64,000 bases of DNA from Balanoglossus misakiensis (lineage: Eukaryota; Animalia; Hemichordata): positions 3,054,735-3,118,734 of the forward strand of contig CM082592.2 of assembly GCA_040954595.2 (NCBI GenBank), given 5' to 3'. A model generated the notes under the pieces. That model was not told the DNA's origin, searched no databases, and worked only from the letters and a program-made list of their open reading frames with translations. Positions 52,501 through 64,000 of the stretch are shown piece after piece. Position 1 is the stretch's first letter; each line of letters begins with the position of its first letter. The position numbers were made by a program, and so were the translations under genes.

Positions 52501-55500
52501 GTGACTGGCATTATTCACCATTCTACTCCAATAGGACACGTGAAGCTTAAGAAATTACAATTTTAAATGTAATACACTTTAGTACATGGGCATTAACGAA
52601 TGCGGTAGCTTGAGATTTGTGGCAACATACTTATATTTAGAAATTTCTTGTTCAAATGAACGTTTACACCAACGAGCTCTTTCAGCTTCCCCAAGTGTCC
52701 AACACTGTAAGTTTTAGATGCTATAAATGAAAGAAATGATACAAATTTTAGTACCCTAACTTACTCAATGTTCCGAATTGTAGGGACATACGTGTTGGTG
52801 ATTTTGGCATAGGAAGTCCGGATCTCTTTGAACCGCTGATAAATCTACAGTTCTTGTAAGTATACTACTTCTTATCACATGAACTGGCCCTGATCACCAC
52901 CTGTGTGACGTAGACCAGGACAGATCAAAAATCCAGATCACCCCTGTGTTACGTCATCAACCGGAACTATTTCCACCGATTCGCCGTAGCTTTGTTGTCA
53001 AACAGAAACAGTACGTGCAGCGGCATTTACCATACAGAAATGAAATAAAAAAATGACGGTTCCATGACAATATCGCTTTGTAAGCTCAAAACAGAAAGGT
53101 GGAATTTGGAAAGAAGACAGTCGACGCAACGATCATGGACGATCGTGGCTGTCAAAGTTTTGGGTCAGGTACACATAGCCTAGGCTAGGCGCAAGTCTGG
53201 TACGTTCCGAGTTGAATCAGTGTGAGGAATTGTTTCGACCCAGTTCAGCTTGAAAACTGAACCTCTCTATTCCACCGGTCAACGAAATGTATAAGACGTG
53301 GCAACAGGTTGCAGTAAAATTGTTAGAGAATCGATTACATTTGTGTAAGGCCGAACTTCGAGCGAACGGAACTCAACGGGACGACTTGTTGGGAGATTTT
53401 ATGAATGATCAGCGATAGTTCATCATTTGCATATGATCAGCGATAGTTCATCATTTGCATATATGCAAATGATGAACTATCGCTGATCATTCATAAAATC
53501 TCCCAAGATATATCTCGTGGGGGAATAATCCCACTCAGTAAAATACGACACCGCTCCGAAATTGTTGCAAGGTACAGAATTTTTTTAGTCCTGCCTCTTC
53601 TAACGAAAAATAAGAAGACTGTTCATGTGATAAATATATAATCCCATGATATCTTTCTTTGTTTAACGTCATCGTATACTCGTGGTTTTCGCGGAAGCGT
53701 ACAACTTCTCGCCTGCGGCTCGAAGTTGCACTGCTCCGCGAAAACCACTCGTATACGATGACGTCAAACAAAGAAATATATCATGGGATTATATGTAAAT
53801 ATAAGAGGTTGACGATCCCCCAATCCCATTGGCAAGTGTATTTCAATATGTTGAATAAATTATAAATGTCCGGTGAATTGTTTTCTTTCAGTCTTATGGA
53901 TGATGTGGATGTAGCATTTGTTTTAAAGTGAACATCCATGCCCTTTGTCAAAAGTATGCATATTTATCATTGTTACAGTATTTTCTAATTGTTTAATCTG
54001 CTTATGAAATGCGAGGCACTGACTTAAGCAGATACATTGTGGTTATTCCAAATTTACTTTATATTGAGCAAATACTTTTACTTTCCTTACAACAGATACA
54101 CTGATAGATACAAGTATTGTTGTATCGCAGAAAGTCAGAGGAATTTAGAATTGTGCACGCCACCACCTGACCAATTCTCTTCGTGTGAAGACCTCATGGA
54201 AAACGAAGTGCTACGTGTTTGTATCTGGATCCTTGGATTGTTGGCGTTTCTTGGAAACTTGTTTGTCATTGCGTGGAGACTCTCTCAGAAGGAATCCAAC
54301 CGTGTCCACTCATTCTTTATTTTAAATCTTGGCGTTGCCGATTTCTGCATGGGCGTCTACCTGTTGATAATTGCATCGGTGGATATGTACTACAGGGGGC
54401 GCTACATAGGCTATTCAGATGAATGGCGACACAGCGAACTTTGTCAATTTGCAGGATTTCTGTCTTCGCTATCCAGCGAAGTGTCAGTCTTCACCTTGAC
54501 AGTCATCACAATTGATAGATTTTGCTGCATTGTGTTTCCGTTCAAGTTCAGAAGACTTCGTCTTGAAACGGCACTGCAGATAATCGCCTTGGGATGGATA
54601 TTTGTCGGCGTGCTGAGTTTCCTGCCGTTGGTTGGAATTCCTTATTTTAAAGGCCAGTATTATGCTCGGTCTGGAGTATGTTTGTCTCTCCATATAACAA
54701 GCGAAGAATATCCAGGATGGGAATACTCGGTGGCGATTTTCATTGCGGCAAATTTCATTTCATTCATGATCATCCTATTTGCCTACATTGCTATGTATCT
54801 CACAGTCAAACGGACCAGACACGCAGTTGGGTCATCGCAAAGTCGAAACGATATAGCCATGGCCCGCAGGATGACATTAATTGTACTGACAGATTTCTTC
54901 TGTTGGATACCCATTATCTTGATGGGTGCATTGGCTCTTACTGAAACCGTTACCATACCACCTGAAATGTATGCATGGACAGCCGTGTTTATTCTACCAT
55001 TGAACAGTGCTATGAATCCTATCCTTTACACCATTTCAACTATTCGTATCAAAACAAAACAGCCTTCGTCTGTAGATGGTCACGCAGTGGGAGTTGCCGT
55101 TGGTGCTGGTAGTAATTCTGATCAATCTCAAACTCTGAAAACTACATTGCAATGTGCTTTATATAAGAGAGATCGTCATTTAAAACAACAGAAGACTTTA
55201 GGTAAACAAAAAGTGGCTCCAACATTGCTGTCACGCCTGAACGACCCAGAAGGTTAGTAAACATATACATATCCTATGCGTTGCATGTTTGCAAGGATTG
55301 TGTAGGCCTATGTATTTAAGAAATGTGTGTGTATATGTACAAACTGGTTACATCGTTTTCATTCCCTTTTCTTGGTTTTTGGAGGTGCTATCTCATTAAC
55401 GTCGAAGAAATCATGTTATCCGTCTTTGTAAAACTGTGTCGCTAGAGAAATATATAGTAACTTTCTGTCTAATAAGTAGGGCTTCCTCATCCTAACGATA

Positions 55501-57957
55501 ACCTCTCCTTATCTCCATAATCATTGCAATTTAAACAAACTGACAAAACGATTTGTTTTATAAATTTAATCAGTGTATTAACATTGTCATACAATATCGG
55601 TTATGGGTGACATGCTGTTCAATATATCTTCCAGTGTTTGCCAAATAATTCTATCAATAATCACCATTGTTTCACGCTCATGCAGAAAATCGACAAATCA
55701 GAGTTATAGCATAAAACCAACCCTGCCATTATTCTTCTCGCATCTACAGAATATGTCACCTTGCATCAGATGAAGGAACTTCAGTGTAGCCGAGTAATTC
55801 CTGCGAAAAGCATGGACTCCATGATTCTAACAAGATACCTACGCGCGACAGATTGCCAGGAACTAACTATACGTGATATCTACAAAATCGCCAGTGATAT
55901 AGCAGAAGGATTGGCATATCTCCATAGGAACAAAATCATCCATGGCTCAATCAATGAAGACAATATTTTAGTTTCAAGATCTCCAGTAGTAAGCTATCAT
56001 CACCCAATATGACCAAGCATGACTGTGAATTTAGTTGACATGTCTAAAGCCGTGCATAAATATCCTTTACCACGGAATTCTTTTTACCAGCACCAAACGG
56101 CAAACTGGCAACATCGTATTTCTTTCATGCCAGCAACGCGTTATCTCTAAAATTGTAACAACGTCACAATGTACTAGACAAAGAGGCGTCCCCCTATCCC
56201 AATTGCGCAGTTGAAGTACGTGCGTGTTGAGAGAGAGACGTGAACAGAAAGGGGTAGGAGACTGACTTGAACACGGACGACGAGAGTTGTTTAGCGTGTC
56301 GAACGCTGCTCTACGAAGCTCGTAGTTACCTACTGACCGGGACAATTGCGCTTGAACGGACTGGGTTCCTCCCGATTGCCGCACGCCGGCGGGTATGAAA
56401 GTGTAGGCTAAGACGTCGATCCACCGGCCGGCTGCACTGTTCCCAACATTACCAGCTCCACGCCACTTTGAGCTGCACCGCGGTCGGATATCACACCCCG
56501 GCTGCCGGACAGCATATGAAGGTGTCTGAGGCCTTTTCTAGTCAAAACTTTGGGGTTTTCGGAATGGGAAATAGCGGAACAAGAACATGGATATATACTA
56601 AATCATGAACGCCAAACAAACACGTTGAAAAAGCCAGATCTGAAAAATTCATGTGGCGTCCGCCGCTGGGCGCATTGACGCTTCAACGTTTTTTTCAAAC
56701 AACGTAACCTGTCACGATTGCTGCCACAAACAACAAGTTCATGCGTAGGTCGAGAAAGTTCTCAAGCGGCCGGGTGATCGCGGCAAGGTTAGCGGCGGCC
56801 TCGCACGCCCGAATTTGCCACAAAACTATCAGTCCACACAGCAATGCCGTTCAAACTCTTCCGTCGTATTTATTTCAACACAAATTCAGAATACAACACG
56901 GCAGTTTGGTACGTCGTCTCTATCCTACACTGCTAATTCTCATCTCAATCTCTAAAAAAGTTCAACAGACGGGATACACTGCAACCCGCGGCACTAGGAA
57001 CGGCAAAATTCACGTCTCTGCTTCACAGGAATCTACCGACCTGAAGTGGGAGGAACCCAGTCCGTTCAAGTACAAATGTCCCGGTAAGAAGGTAACTACG
57101 CGCTTCCTAGAGCAGCGTTCGAGTCGACACGTCTCTCTCAACACGCACGTACTTCAACTGCGCAATAGGGATGGGGGGCGCCTCTTTGTCTACTAAATTG
57201 TGACGTGTCGGGCCCCCTCAAAGAAAGCCGGTGGCCCCCTCAAAGAAAGCCGGTGTTGCTAGTTTGGCATTTGTTGCTAGTATTCTGAATATCGTAGTAA
57301 GATAGCATATATTTCTAACTTTAAAAATCTGCATATATTCAGATTTCAGGTGCTGATACATATTGCATAAATGTAATCATCGCGTGGTTGCTAATTCATG
57401 TTACATTACTTGACTGGACGTTTGATGTCTTACAGAATCCCATTCTTGTGGCCTATATCAGTGATGTCTCAAGATCAAAGCAAGTGGTAGGTGAGAGTGA
57501 AGGAAATATGCCATACATTGGGGATATCTACGACTATGGAAAACTGGTACTTCGTCTCACTGAACGTGCGATACATAACTACCTTGCCACACTGACAGTG
57601 TCAAATGCTGAGACAAATGATCTTCAGGATAATGGTCAAGTGGTATTCACTGAACAAAAGATTGACCAGAACAGGGAAAATTTGTGTCGTGATAAGATTG
57701 GACTATTGGCAGAATATTATGGTGTGGTACCATACAATATCTGCGTGGCATTTAACGAAGACAGTGTCGGAAATAATCTCGGAGGAACTGATACAGAAGA
57801 CAACACATCTGTTGACAAAGAAGACGCTGACCTTACACAAAATGAATTTTTTGAAAACCGAAATCCAGAAGCATTAATAACGAAACAGACATCACTGGGA
57901 ACGGACAATGTTGATTCTGAAACTTTCAACAAGAAATACCCAATTATCTATATATGA
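28595..57957 (+). CDS. Giant GRL101-like LDLa/LRR G-protein coupled receptor with FN3/EGF/CUB/C-type lectin ectodomain and C-terminal kinase-like segment; ~47 coding exons, ~3,400 aa
   Basis: Exons: SP 28595-28658; FN3 28984-29271, 29864-30124, 30440-30724; EGF 31054-31191, 31572-31697, 32234-32356; CUB and unassigned 32591-32713, 33016-33182, 33506-33914, 35402-35572; CUB 35997-36236, 36529-36681, 36930-37274, 37670-38023, 38597-38980; CTL 39496-39918; EGF 40186-40311; CTL 40576-40727, 41064-41313; CUB 41525-41687, 41816-42042, 42577-42975, 43537-43983; CTL 44306-44512, 44672-44741, 44915-45087; linker 45182-45229; CTL 45578-46036; 7 LDLa exons 46214-49395; LRRNT 49939-50044; 7 LRR exons 50400-52855; 7TM 54096-55252; 55750-55988; 57436-57957. 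Splice phases are compatible along the whole chain. Confidence 0.85.
28984..32356 (+). CDS. 3 fibronectin type III and 3 EGF exons
   Basis: SLKIGW...[16 protein letters not shown]; SITIVW...[10 protein letters not shown]; SIDVIW...[13 protein letters not shown]; CENGGTC...[12 protein letters not shown]; CFNNATC...[12 protein letters not shown]; CENGGTC...[12 protein letters not shown]. All phase 1-1. Confidence 0.9.
32591..46036 (+). CDS. CUB x8 / C-type lectin x4 / EGF array exons
   Basis: CUB motifs (CGG...SPNFPSNY...C.W.I...CYDYV.VYDG...GF.A.F) and CTL motifs (W..A...C......L.SI...WIGL...W...C......ICE) in ORFs 37684, 38545, 39462, 42564, 43473, 44299 and 45577. Confidence 0.9.
32788..32946 (+). 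mobile_element. Second fragment of the TTAA-associated repeat (GPCR intron)
   Basis: ttaa|agggg...agctgatttctacataatttggtagctttga...gaaagttggcagaatttccaatatggcgtttactgtaatt, shared with 18776-18930. Confidence 0.65.
34075..34260. mobile_element. ~186 bp near-perfect foldback palindrome at the edge of a ~1 kb intronic repeat (to ~35110)
   Basis: acagaacttcatgacctctgcgcgcgatctgtgcaatatggat... pairs with ...atccatattgcacagatcgcgcgcagaggtcatgaagttctgt around a gcgatagc loop. Two diverged ~200 bp direct units follow (~34440-34625 and ~34650-34820). Confidence 0.75.
46214..52855 (+). CDS. LDL-receptor class A x7, LRRNT and LRR x7 exons
   Basis: LDLa exons 46214-46333, 46811-46924, 47459-47575, 47852-47983, 48265-48402, 48638-48754, 49279-49395 (CDG..DC.DGSDE); [14 protein letters not shown]; 69-72 nt phase-2 LRR exons starting at 50400, 50830, 51304, 51728, 52110, 52411, 52784. 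Confidence 0.88.
53389..53506. repeat. Perfect inverted repeat with an internal 28 bp tandem duplication and three ATTTGCAT octamers
   Basis: ttgggagattttatga[atgatcagcgatagttcatcatttgcat]x2 at atgcaaatgatgaactatcgctgatcattcataaaatctcccaa. Confidence 0.85.
53637..53794. mobile_element. ~160 bp foldback palindrome (MITE or Crypton-like non-autonomous element)
   Basis: ataatcccatgatat...gtcatcgtatac..gtggttttcgcgga pairs with tccgcgaaaaccac..gtatacgatgac...atatcatgggattat. It explains the mirrored ORFs 53535..53771- and 53659..53865+. Confidence 0.7.
54096..55252 (+). CDS. LGR-type rhodopsin-family 7TM exon
   Basis: Hinge YKYCC...[54 protein letters not shown]. Confidence 0.95.
55750..57957 (+). 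CDS. Degenerate protein-kinase C-lobe-like segment plus acidic tail (last two GPCR exons, 55750-55988 and 57436-57957)
   Basis: [29 protein letters not shown] (subdomains VIa/VIb), YISDVS (VII), DIYDYGKLV (IX). Phase 1 join to the 7TM exon and phase 0 join between the two exons. Confidence 0.75.
56083..57282. mobile_element. ~1.2 kb non-autonomous DNA transposon with long terminal inverted repeats, in the intron splitting the kinase-like segment
   Basis: 56161-56242 is the reverse complement of ~57128-57206, and the outer ends also pair. A 22 bp tandem duplication sits at ~57211-57254. The interior is GC-richer and has no transposase ORF. Confidence 0.7.
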
Positions 57958-58898
57958 TTTCATTTAAACAGCCTACATGTAAACCCTGGCGGATAGTGAG
58001 TAATACGAATGAGTATCACCAATAGTTATGCTTTGTATAGTTCATAATTTATTTCTAAAAGTTCAGTAATCACTTGTGGCAGAGTATTTAGTAGTGTATT
58101 ATTGGAATGTTTCTAATAAATGAAAGTCTTAGAGAAAGTACACATTTACTGAAAGAATGAAAAACACTTGATAGCAATGGTATGGTGACATGCTATTAAA
58201 CAAATCATAACAAATCATGTTATGTTATTTAGGAAATCCTTTTATTTAATCCAAGAAGGTGCAAAAAATGTTCATCCTATATCCGTACTACATGTAGTAT
58301 TTTTTTTCTATGTTGTACTGGTCATAAGTCAGAATTTACTTTTTTATTTTAATTTACAAATGTAATGAAACTTGCTAGAAACACTGTGCTGACATAGATC
58401 GTAAAGAACATGCTATTTTCCTATGTAATGAAATTTTCTAATTGGTGATTTATTTCCGAAAGTATGTCAATAAAATTGAACAAAATAAGTTACAGCTAGT
58501 GATCTCGAAGAGGGATTGAAGAAAGTTTTTTCGACATAGTTGCTTATTCAGTGTGCATGGTACAGCTTAATATGAAAGTACTGCCGTACGTAGGATATAG
58601 TGATAGCTGCCATACTGCAGCAGGTCAAAGGTTATTATGTTTTGTCGTAATAAATGTATGCTTGTCTTTGTATGAGATGTCACAACTTGTATAACACTCA
58701 CTATAAATTCGGCATTGATCGACTGTTTATTTGAACCATAATGCTTTAGCAACAAATTATTCAATTTTCACCCACTACTTTGTCTGAGATATGTAAATTA
58801 ATTTGCGTTTTTCAGGATTCAGACCTAATGCACAAATTCACACTGCAAAGCAAAGTCTGCACGCAAAAACTTATATTTATTGCCATATGTTACCTACA

Positions 58899-59000
58899 CA
58901 TTCATTCATTCATTCATTCATTCATTCATTCATTCATTCATTCATTCATTCATTCATTCATTCATTCATTCATTCATTCATTCATTCATTCATTCATTCA
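58899..59000. repeat. (CATT)n microsatellite, ~25 units
   Basis: Seen directly; it produces the spurious HSFI-repeat ORFs. Confidence 0.97.
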
Positions 59001-59887
59001 GCTAGTTTATAATTGCCTACAAAATAGAAACCAGTCCGCGCAATATAACAAAGGTTGCAAGACAATTGATAGCATACAAATGTTAAGAAGCTACTTGGCG
59101 AAAGAACAATGTCATGTGAGCAACATTACTTAAATGTGCATCAGGTTCGCCAGAAAACATCATTCTTTTATTGAGTACATCCATTTGTGGTTTTAAGACT
59201 ACTTGGCTTGTTCTTGAATAAAGACATTCACATTCAGCAAGCAATCCAATACAATCAGTGCAGTGTAGACAATTATTTACGAAATCAGTACACTCTAGTA
59301 GTTCATAACAATTAGCTGAAAATGCATTAATTGCAATTTCATGATGTGCATGTGTACTATTTATCGTTTGGCACAACAAAACAATGAAAATTGTAAATGG
59401 TCATCAATTATACTATATCTATTTATATAATAATCTTTTTTGAAATGTAAATATATTTAAGTGAATATGAAATGTTTACTAATATTGTACAGAAACTAAA
59501 ATAATATAGCTTGTTGATCACAGGGTATTGTTTATATAGGCACAATCTGATGATTATCTTCTGAATAAGTTGCTTGCACACAGATAGTTGTAGGAAAGGC
59601 CATTTCGGGTTTCATCCGACTGTTACAAAAGTGAACACAATGCCACCTAAGGATAGGTCTATAAAATGAATCAAATTCGTGATCTAACTAAAATATTCTT
59701 GACATGCAACGAGGGTTACTTGCTTTTTGATAACATCAAATTATTCGTTAAGTACTGCTAGCGAAAAATGAACCTTCAACAATGCATTTTCCTGCGACCA
59801 CCTCCTGACCACGCCTTTACGTTTTCTGTGGTCGAATAATTCGACATGACGTATAAAGATTTAGAATTGATTTCGGTTCAACGTTGT

Positions 59888-62636
59888 CTACAGCAGTATC
59901 ATATCATCGTGGTCAACGTGAACCTTTATAAACATTGTGTCATCTCTTATGTAGTCGAGGGTTTTGACGGTTGATATCGGTACGAACTTCTGCGTGCCGA
60001 AACTAGCATTACGTTCACCGCTCGGCCTTCCCAGAAATGGTTTATTCTCTTTGCAAATATTGGGTTTGATTTGATAGGCGATGTTTCGACGAGCAGCCGG
60101 ATCCTGACACTGGTCAATCATAGTGAATATGATGCGATGGCTGAACGGCCATGGTAGTAGAGGGTCATATTCTGAACGACAGATACACACAAAGACAGAC
60201 ATGAAATGGTTCTTGGCTGTGAACAAAAAAAGACAATCAGAATTAGTCGACGGCATTTACTAACACAGTTGCTCTTGGGAGATTATGGGTGCCAATGCTG
60301 GAAATGCCAGAACAGTTGATAGTTCTAAGACTTGACACAAGCATTATTTACCTTTACCATCTCCGTTCAAGCAAAGGGACACAGCAAGCTTATATCCGTG
60401 ACGACTAGTCAAGAATGGTGGGCTAAATATGGTCGGTTTCTTTCCCGTCTTCGCCTCCTGCATTCTTTCGGCATACCGATCAATTTTCCAGACTAATTGC
60501 GATCCATACATTTTTTCCAAGTCGTGCACTTTTTGGCGACATTCTACCAGTTGTCCCTGCATAAAAGAAAATGATTGTATTCCATTGTACTTGCTTATTT
60601 GATGGAAGTCTGTAACCTCAAGAATAGAAGCGGAAGGGTGAACTCGAAATGGGGGTGGAAGAATGAGCTCGGAGAACAAAACGATAACAAAATGGATACA
60701 TATAGATTGATAACGACAGCGGGAGAATCCGAGATTAATAATAGTTACGTCCAAAGTTCCCTTAAAACAGAACGCATTCGAAAAAAACTTGTCTTAATTT
60801 TTTCGAAATCACAGGTAATAACAGCCTCCTATATCGTTTATAATTAACAGGAAGATAACAAACAAGTAACAGCAAAATTGTATACTATCATAGTCAGCAA
60901 AATCTCAATTTGCGACCATTTCAGGTCTTCTTACCTTATGCTCATCCAGCATTTCTTCGTGTGTAGTGAGAAGCTCGACATGTTTAACGATGGTGGTGCC
61001 AACCATTGTTAAATGTTGGGTTGGTTCATCTTTAATATGCTTATGCATCTTCTGTCGTTCACCCTGAAATGAATAAGGATCAAATGAAAATAAGGATGTT
61101 AGCAAGTGAATATAGTTTCGTATACTATATAACATTGGTACTAGTACAAAAAACAAAGGTGTTGTTCTGATAACAATTGACAGATTCCCTCTATAGAGTT
61201 GGAAGTATTACTACAGATAACAACATCGCAACACTTGGGTGTGGAGATCCCATCCAGAACATTTTGAGAAATGAAGATCGGAGTAAAGACACCTTTCATT
61301 TACAAAATCAAATCGTTGGGTGTCACATTTCTACAGGAAAACGTCATAGTGACATCTTTTATATTGGCCACTTTTGAGACCATGTGGTCCAATTGATGGT
61401 CATGGTATTTAGTACATTACCTTATAGTCACATCCACATGGAGAAAACGGACATGGAATTTTAGCCTTTGGGCAATCATTATCACAATGACCTTTCACCT
61501 GGACACAGAAAGAAAAAAACATATTTCAGTTTTAGTTAGGTAAATTGGTTGATACACGTATCTATTCGATTATTCCACTTGACCGAATAATCTCTCGTAC
61601 TCAAAAACGTATGATGAAAGCAAATAACGTGTCTTTTTGTATCGTGTACTTATCAAAGCAACAACCCTCGGCTAGGTTCTTGGTATTTCATTGTAACACT
61701 TTGTGATAAAATACATTCAAAGGAAGAGCACTTAGGCAGCACATCATGCATACATAAAACTCACCTGTCCACGTGGTATATCTGTTTCGTTACATCCGTT
61801 CGGACAGGGAACGGGGAACATCTTACATGCATTCATGTGTGCAATTTCGTCTTTGTAGAAAACTTCTATGTGACAGAAATCACACTGAACTGTGCGTTTG
61901 TGACAGTCTTCGGCCACATGACCTTCCAGAAAACGTTTTTCGAAATGAGCTCCACAGGCATTGGGACAGTCAACCATGATGTAGCCACAATCATCCGTGT
62001 GCGTCTATGTTGGAAAGATAGTTTGTATGCCATCAATTACAAACACTCACTATGAAATATACATTCATTTATTTTTCATTGCATCTAACCAAATAGAAAA
62101 ATGACATGTCTCACATGTTCTAACCACTCCCTCGTGTTGTTTGGTGTCTACTACTAATTTAGCTTATTGACAAATTTAGAACTGTTCATTATTTGTAGCT
62201 CTGGCAATGGGCAATTAGCCTATACGTGCTTACCAATAAAGAATTGGTGTGTTTACCTTAACTTCCTGCAAAACGCCCTTCCAATCACAGCCTTTTGTGT
62301 AGTTGCAACACTTGACTGGCAGATTTCCAATCTCCTTCCCAAAAGGAGTATCTACGTAGACCTGAATGTGACAAGAATCGATTCAAAGCAATTGGCCGAA
62401 TAGAACGCAATGTATAACGATACAGCATATAACGTACAATTCAATAAATTGGGCTGAAACTTGATTTGAAACACTAAATACACACAGTCATAAACAAAGT
62501 ACACATTGTGAAGATTCAAACGGTCGGCCTACAGAGATATTGCTCCACGTTCTCAAACACTTTAAGAACAACGCATCGGTTACTCACTCTGTCTCGGGAT
62601 ACAGGAGTCTGATCAATCGGACAACGGGGAGATACT
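59888..62636 (-). CDS. TNF receptor-associated factor (TRAF4-like / invertebrate TRAF-like), 5'-partial
   Basis: Exons 62636-62588 (VSPRCPIDQ, RING end), 62361-62257 (VKCCNYTKGCDWKG), 62004-61765 and 61498-61421 (TRAF zinc fingers), 61063-60935 (coiled coil), 60556-60352 and 60216-59888 (MATH: LVWKI...FSPPFLTSRHGYK...EYDPLLPWPF...YIRDDTMFIKV). Phases are consistent. The first RING exon was not found in the window. Confidence 0.92.
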
Positions 62637-63214
62637 CTGTAAAACAAGATAAAACATACACAATGTCAGTTATGCGTATTTTCTTTCAAGGGGAAGCAAT
62701 ATCCGGAAAAGTTTTAAAGAGAACATCCCTTGAGACCATAGCCAACGGACCGGACAACTTCCCCTTTACAAAACTGTTTACTGGAATGTGGTTTTGGCTG
62801 CGTACCATTAAAGTCATCTATATCTTTCTGTATTTTGAATACCCATTACAATATCCAAAACCCTTTTAAGTATTTCTCATTTTTTTTTGATATCCCAAGG
62901 CAATGAAAGACATTTATTGTCGTGGTAACCAAAGTTTATTCCTTGTCCACTCTACGCTCCCCGTTTTCTCAGAATTCCATTTTACCCAAACCACAATGAT
63001 TTAGTCTTCCCATCGCTGGTGTTCAGTCCACTACAAGTTCCCGGAGGATTTCTATCGCGCATTAAATTTGGTTGAGAAACTTGGTACATGACAAAAATAT
63101 TCTTATCACATACTATTACAAGACTGTTTATATATGCATAATTTGTGAAATAGATTGTACGTTAACTTCGAGATCTCACGAGACTTGGCTAATTACCGTG
63201 CAAAAGTTGCTGAA

Positions 63215-63415
63215 AAACTCTCGTCGTCCGTGTTCGAGTCGAGTCTCCTACCCCTTTCTGTTCACGTCTCTCTCAACAGGCACTACTTCAACTGCGCAAT
63301 TGGGATGGGGGCGCCTCTTTGTCTACTAAATTGTGACGTTGTTACAATTTTAGAGATAACGCGTTGTTGGCATCAAAGAAATACGTGTGTTTCTAGTTTG
63401 GCGGTTGTTGCAGCT
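63215..63415. mobile_element. Terminal fragment of the same long-TIR family (TRAF intron)
   Basis: Reverse complement of ~56085-56290 (ctcctacccctttctgttcacgtctctctcaac...acaattttagagataacgcgttg). Confidence 0.7.
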
Positions 63416-64000
63416 ATTTTGAATTTTGTGGTAATGGGTGCAGACTGAGTTTAAAAAACATTGTAACGTATGTGCCGTTTAACACGATGGGCCATGAGTT
63501 GTTTGTCCTGTGTCAAGTCAGAGAATGTTCTCCAATAGAAACTGCCGAGTTACAACGTTTATTAAATCATTGCCGTTGAAATACGGTATTTCTGGTTTTA
63601 TATGTCAAAATTACAATGGCCAGTAAACATAGAGTATCCGGAAGATGGGGCTTGACGAACTCCTATTTGTTACAACCGGTGTATGAAACCAACTTTAATA
63701 CATACGATTGATACTTTGACAAACATCTTCGCCCACAGTGCATTGCCTGGGCCGAAATTAAATTCCATCAATACTTTAGACGAATAATTCAAATATCCAG
63801 AGTCACTTTTCAAATGATACGGGACTAAAATGTCATAATCGACATAAAATATGCTGTGAAAACAATCACGTGACAGACATTTAATTCTTATTTGTAGTTT
63901 GGTCCGAATGTTAATGGATTACGTCATACCGACTACGGGCAGTTTACACTGCTTTGTATGTAGAACAAGGTATTGAATTGCTACGTAAGTTGCCTCGTGT

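Noticed and set aside
56067-57196. ORFs 56067..56384 and 56741..57196 as a transposase
   Set aside because: No DDE or DNA-binding motifs. Their similarity comes from the inverted termini.
58780-59133. ORFs with HSFI repeats
   Set aside because: Translation of the (CATT)n microsatellite.
1-64000. tRNA, rRNA or bacterial TIR defence operon
   Set aside because: No cloverleaf or rRNA motifs were recognised. The TIR genes have spliceosomal introns and animal ectodomains.

Overview
AT-rich, intron-rich eukaryotic DNA, probably from a marine invertebrate (deuterostome-like by gene content; this is inference). Three gene systems could be assembled by hand with consistent GT-AG splice phases. (1) About 300-22330 is a ~22 kb inverted duplication (spacer ~10406-10785) holding two head-to-head copies of an LRR-free single-pass receptor: signal peptide, cadherin-like repeat, unassigned variable region, EGF, Ig, EGF, HYR, TM, TIR. 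The + copy is intact and carries an in-frame duplicated exon pair whose central part is a circularly permuted piece of the - copy. The - copy has lost exon 2. One ectodomain exon differs between copies almost only by amino-acid-changing substitutions. (2) 28595-57957 (+) is a ~47-exon, ~3,400 aa GRL101-like LRR-GPCR with 3 FN3, 4 EGF, 8 CUB, 4 C-type lectin and 7 LDLa domains, LRRs and a 7TM, spliced in frame to a degenerate kinase C-lobe. (3) 59888-62636 (-) is the 3' part of a TRAF gene, convergent with the GPCR. Introns hold foldback hairpins, a long-TIR non-autonomous element, a TTAA-associated repeat and mini/microsatellites. All gene models are manual predictions without transcript support.
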